Under the pieces are notes generated by a model. That model was not told the DNA's origin, did not search any database, and saw only the letters and a list, made by a program, of their open reading frames with translations. Below are positions 62,489-64,000 of a stretch of DNA of 64,000 nucleotides, in pieces. Source of the DNA: Verrucomicrobiota bacterium. GTDB taxonomy: Bacteria; Verrucomicrobiota; Verrucomicrobiia; Opitutales; Cerasicoccaceae. A program made the position numbers and the translations under genes. Every line of letters starts with the position of its first letter. Within the stretch, counting starts at the first letter, position 1. Location: contig JBCBUK010000007.1 in the NCBI GenBank assembly GCA_039818205.1, forward strand, positions 160,001 to 224,000. The letters are read 5' to 3'.

Positions 62489-63220
62489 ATGCTCGAGATA
62501 GCGAACATTCGTAAAGTCTACGAGAACGACAGCCATGCAGCCGTCGAGGATGTCTCGTTGGAGCTCCCAGCGGGCAAAATCATTACGCTGCTTGGTGAAA
62601 GCGGATGTGGTAAAACTACCCTGCTCCGAATGATCGCTGGACTCGCTGTTCCAAACGAAGGAGAAATTCGCTTGAACAACGAATTGATGGTCGGGCCATC
62701 GACTTGGGTCCCACCACAGAAGCGAAAAATCGGTATGGTCGCACAAGGCGGTGCTCTCTTTCCCCACATGACGGTTTTCAAAAACATCGCTTATGGACTC
62801 TCACATTTGAACAAAAATGAACGCCTGGACCGCATTCGCCAGAAGCTCGAGCTGGTCGGGCTAGCAGACAAACAACATCGCTATCCCCATGAACTCTCGG
62901 GCGGCGAGCGCCAGCGTATTGCACTCATTCGTGCCCTAGCCCCTAGCCCACGATTGATCTTATTGGACGAGCCATTCAGCAACCTAGACACGACGCGAAA
63001 GAAACTCTTGCGAACTGAAGTTCGGTCCATCCTAAAGCGAGAGAATATGACTGCGATCCTCGTTTCTCACGATCCACAAGACGCACGACACTTCGGCGAT
63101 CTTATCGCTATCATGCGCTCCGGAAGAATTAGTCAAAGCGGAACAAAAGAAGAGATCATCAGCCATCCATGCAATGAATATTGCTCCGAACTAATCGGTG
63201 AGATCGGTAAAGACTCTTAA
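62489..63220 (+). CDS. Fe(III) ABC transporter ATP-binding protein (FbpC-like)
   Basis: GESGCGKT, ALFPHM, LSGGERQR and LLDEPFSNLD. Confidence 0.92.
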   Translation: MLEIANIRKVYENDSHAAVEDVSLELPAGKIITLLGESGCGKTTLLRMIAGLAVPNEGEIRLNNELMVGPSTWVPPQKRKIGMVAQGGALFPHMTVFKNIAYGLSHLNKNERLDRIRQKLELVGLADKQHRYPHELSGGERQRIALIRALAPSPRLILLDEPFSNLDTTRKKLLRTEVRSILKRENMTAILVSHDPQDARHFGDLIAIMRSGRISQSGTKEEIISHPCNEYCSELIGEIGKDS

Positions 63221-63238
63221 AGCGTTCATAGTAGAAAT

Positions 63239-63265
63239 GGGCCGACGGATTTTCTCCGTCGACCC
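63239..63265 (+). terminator. Hairpin after the iron ABC operon
   Basis: GGGCCGACGGA-tttt-cTCCGTCGACCC. Confidence 0.55.
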
Positions 63266-63382
63266 TGGTCATGCTTGGCTTATTTGCGTATGGATGTAGA
63301 GTAGCAGGTGATCGCAAAATTGAACGTGCAGATTCATTGGATCTGCACCAAACGCGTTGAGGGTAGAACGAACAAAATCAGT

Positions 63383-63416
63383 GTCCGTTGACGGGGGCTG
63401 ACTCCCGCCAACGGAC
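63383..63416 (-). terminator. Hairpin after the PEP-CTERM gene
   Basis: GTCCGTTG.CGGG...CCCG.CAACGGAC. Confidence 0.5.
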
Positions 63417-63422
63417 GGTGCA

Positions 63423-64000
63423 TTATCGACGCATACGGCGCATCAAGAGAAGTCCACTGGCAACACCAAAGATAAGCGCATAAGTCGAGGGTTCTGGAAT
63501 GACAGTTCCTTCGAATGCGTTTCCGCTATCAAGTTGCATCGCGAAACTCGCAGAATGGGCGATCGAATCCCATTCTATGGTAAAGTCAGAAATCGTTACG
63601 CCAATAGCAGAGAGATCCCACTGATATGCATTAATCGTGGAGGGGCTTCCGCCAAAAGCGAAATTTCCAGACATATTTTCTGAAATATCTGCAGCGAGCT
63701 CTTGCGCTCCACCATTATAGCTCAATGTCGGGCCACCAGAAATCGCGCCGACCATATCAATCTGAAAAACGACTGTTTCGAGACCTGAGATTGGAGAAGA
63801 CGCACTAATGAAGAACGAACCAGGAGTGTCGAAATTATAGATCGAAGTCGAAGCCGGGTATCCACCGCCCCCAGCAACCTTGTCAAACGTGACAGATCCG
63901 ACGTCCGCGGAAATTGGAGTGCTCCATCCAGCCGTGTTCGTAAAGAAGCTATTGTAGCCCGATGAGGTAGGATAGTTTGATGAGTTCAGATCCTCCCAGC
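63423..64000 (-). CDS. PEP-CTERM sorting domain protein, 5'-partial
   Basis: C-terminus VIPEPSTYALIFGVASGLLLMRRMRR. The frame is open to the window end. Confidence 0.9.
   Translation of the reverse strand, partial: WEDLNSSNYPTSSGYNSFFTNTAGWSTPISADVGSVTFDKVAGGGGYPASTSIYNFDTPGSFFISASSPISGLETVVFQIDMVGAISGGPTLSYNGGAQELAADISENMSGNFAFGGSPSTINAYQWDLSAIGVTISDFTIEWDSIAHSASFAMQLDSGNAFEGTVIPEPSTYALIFGVASGLLLMRRMRR

Overview
This window is bacterial chromosomal DNA, most likely from a Verrucomicrobiota (Opitutales-like) organism. That assignment is inferred from the PEP-CTERM protein, the PilB-PilT-PilB-PilC cluster and the general gene content. Positions 1 to about 54.4 kb are mostly housekeeping and envelope genes: a GH13 enzyme, an NSS transporter with a small partner, a voltage-gated channel, rpmE2/ykgO/rpmB, ppk1, cimA, hflX, trmL, pyrD, type IV pilus ATPases, exbBD, an M16 protease, waaA, trpA, pgi, rsmI, ppx, an RluA-family enzyme, a Wzc-like EPS cluster and a sigma-54 regulator. 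The highlight begins directly after tRNA-Thr(TGT) at 54559-54634: a compact ~4.7 kb filamentous-phage (inovirus)-like integrated element. It encodes a tyrosine integrase, a divergent RHH repressor/excisionase-like switch, a zinc-finger protein, an HUH rolling-circle Rep, a likely ssDNA-binding protein and a pVIII-like major coat protein followed by a terminator. No Zot/pI assembly ATPase or minor coat genes are visible, so it is either a truncated prophage or a coat-encoding inovirus satellite. An Fe3+ ABC transporter and a partial PEP-CTERM gene follow. Three small genes absent from the ORF track were found by hand: a MetS-like subunit, L36 type B and a 40-aa lipoprotein. All calls come from reading motifs by eye; no database searches were run.
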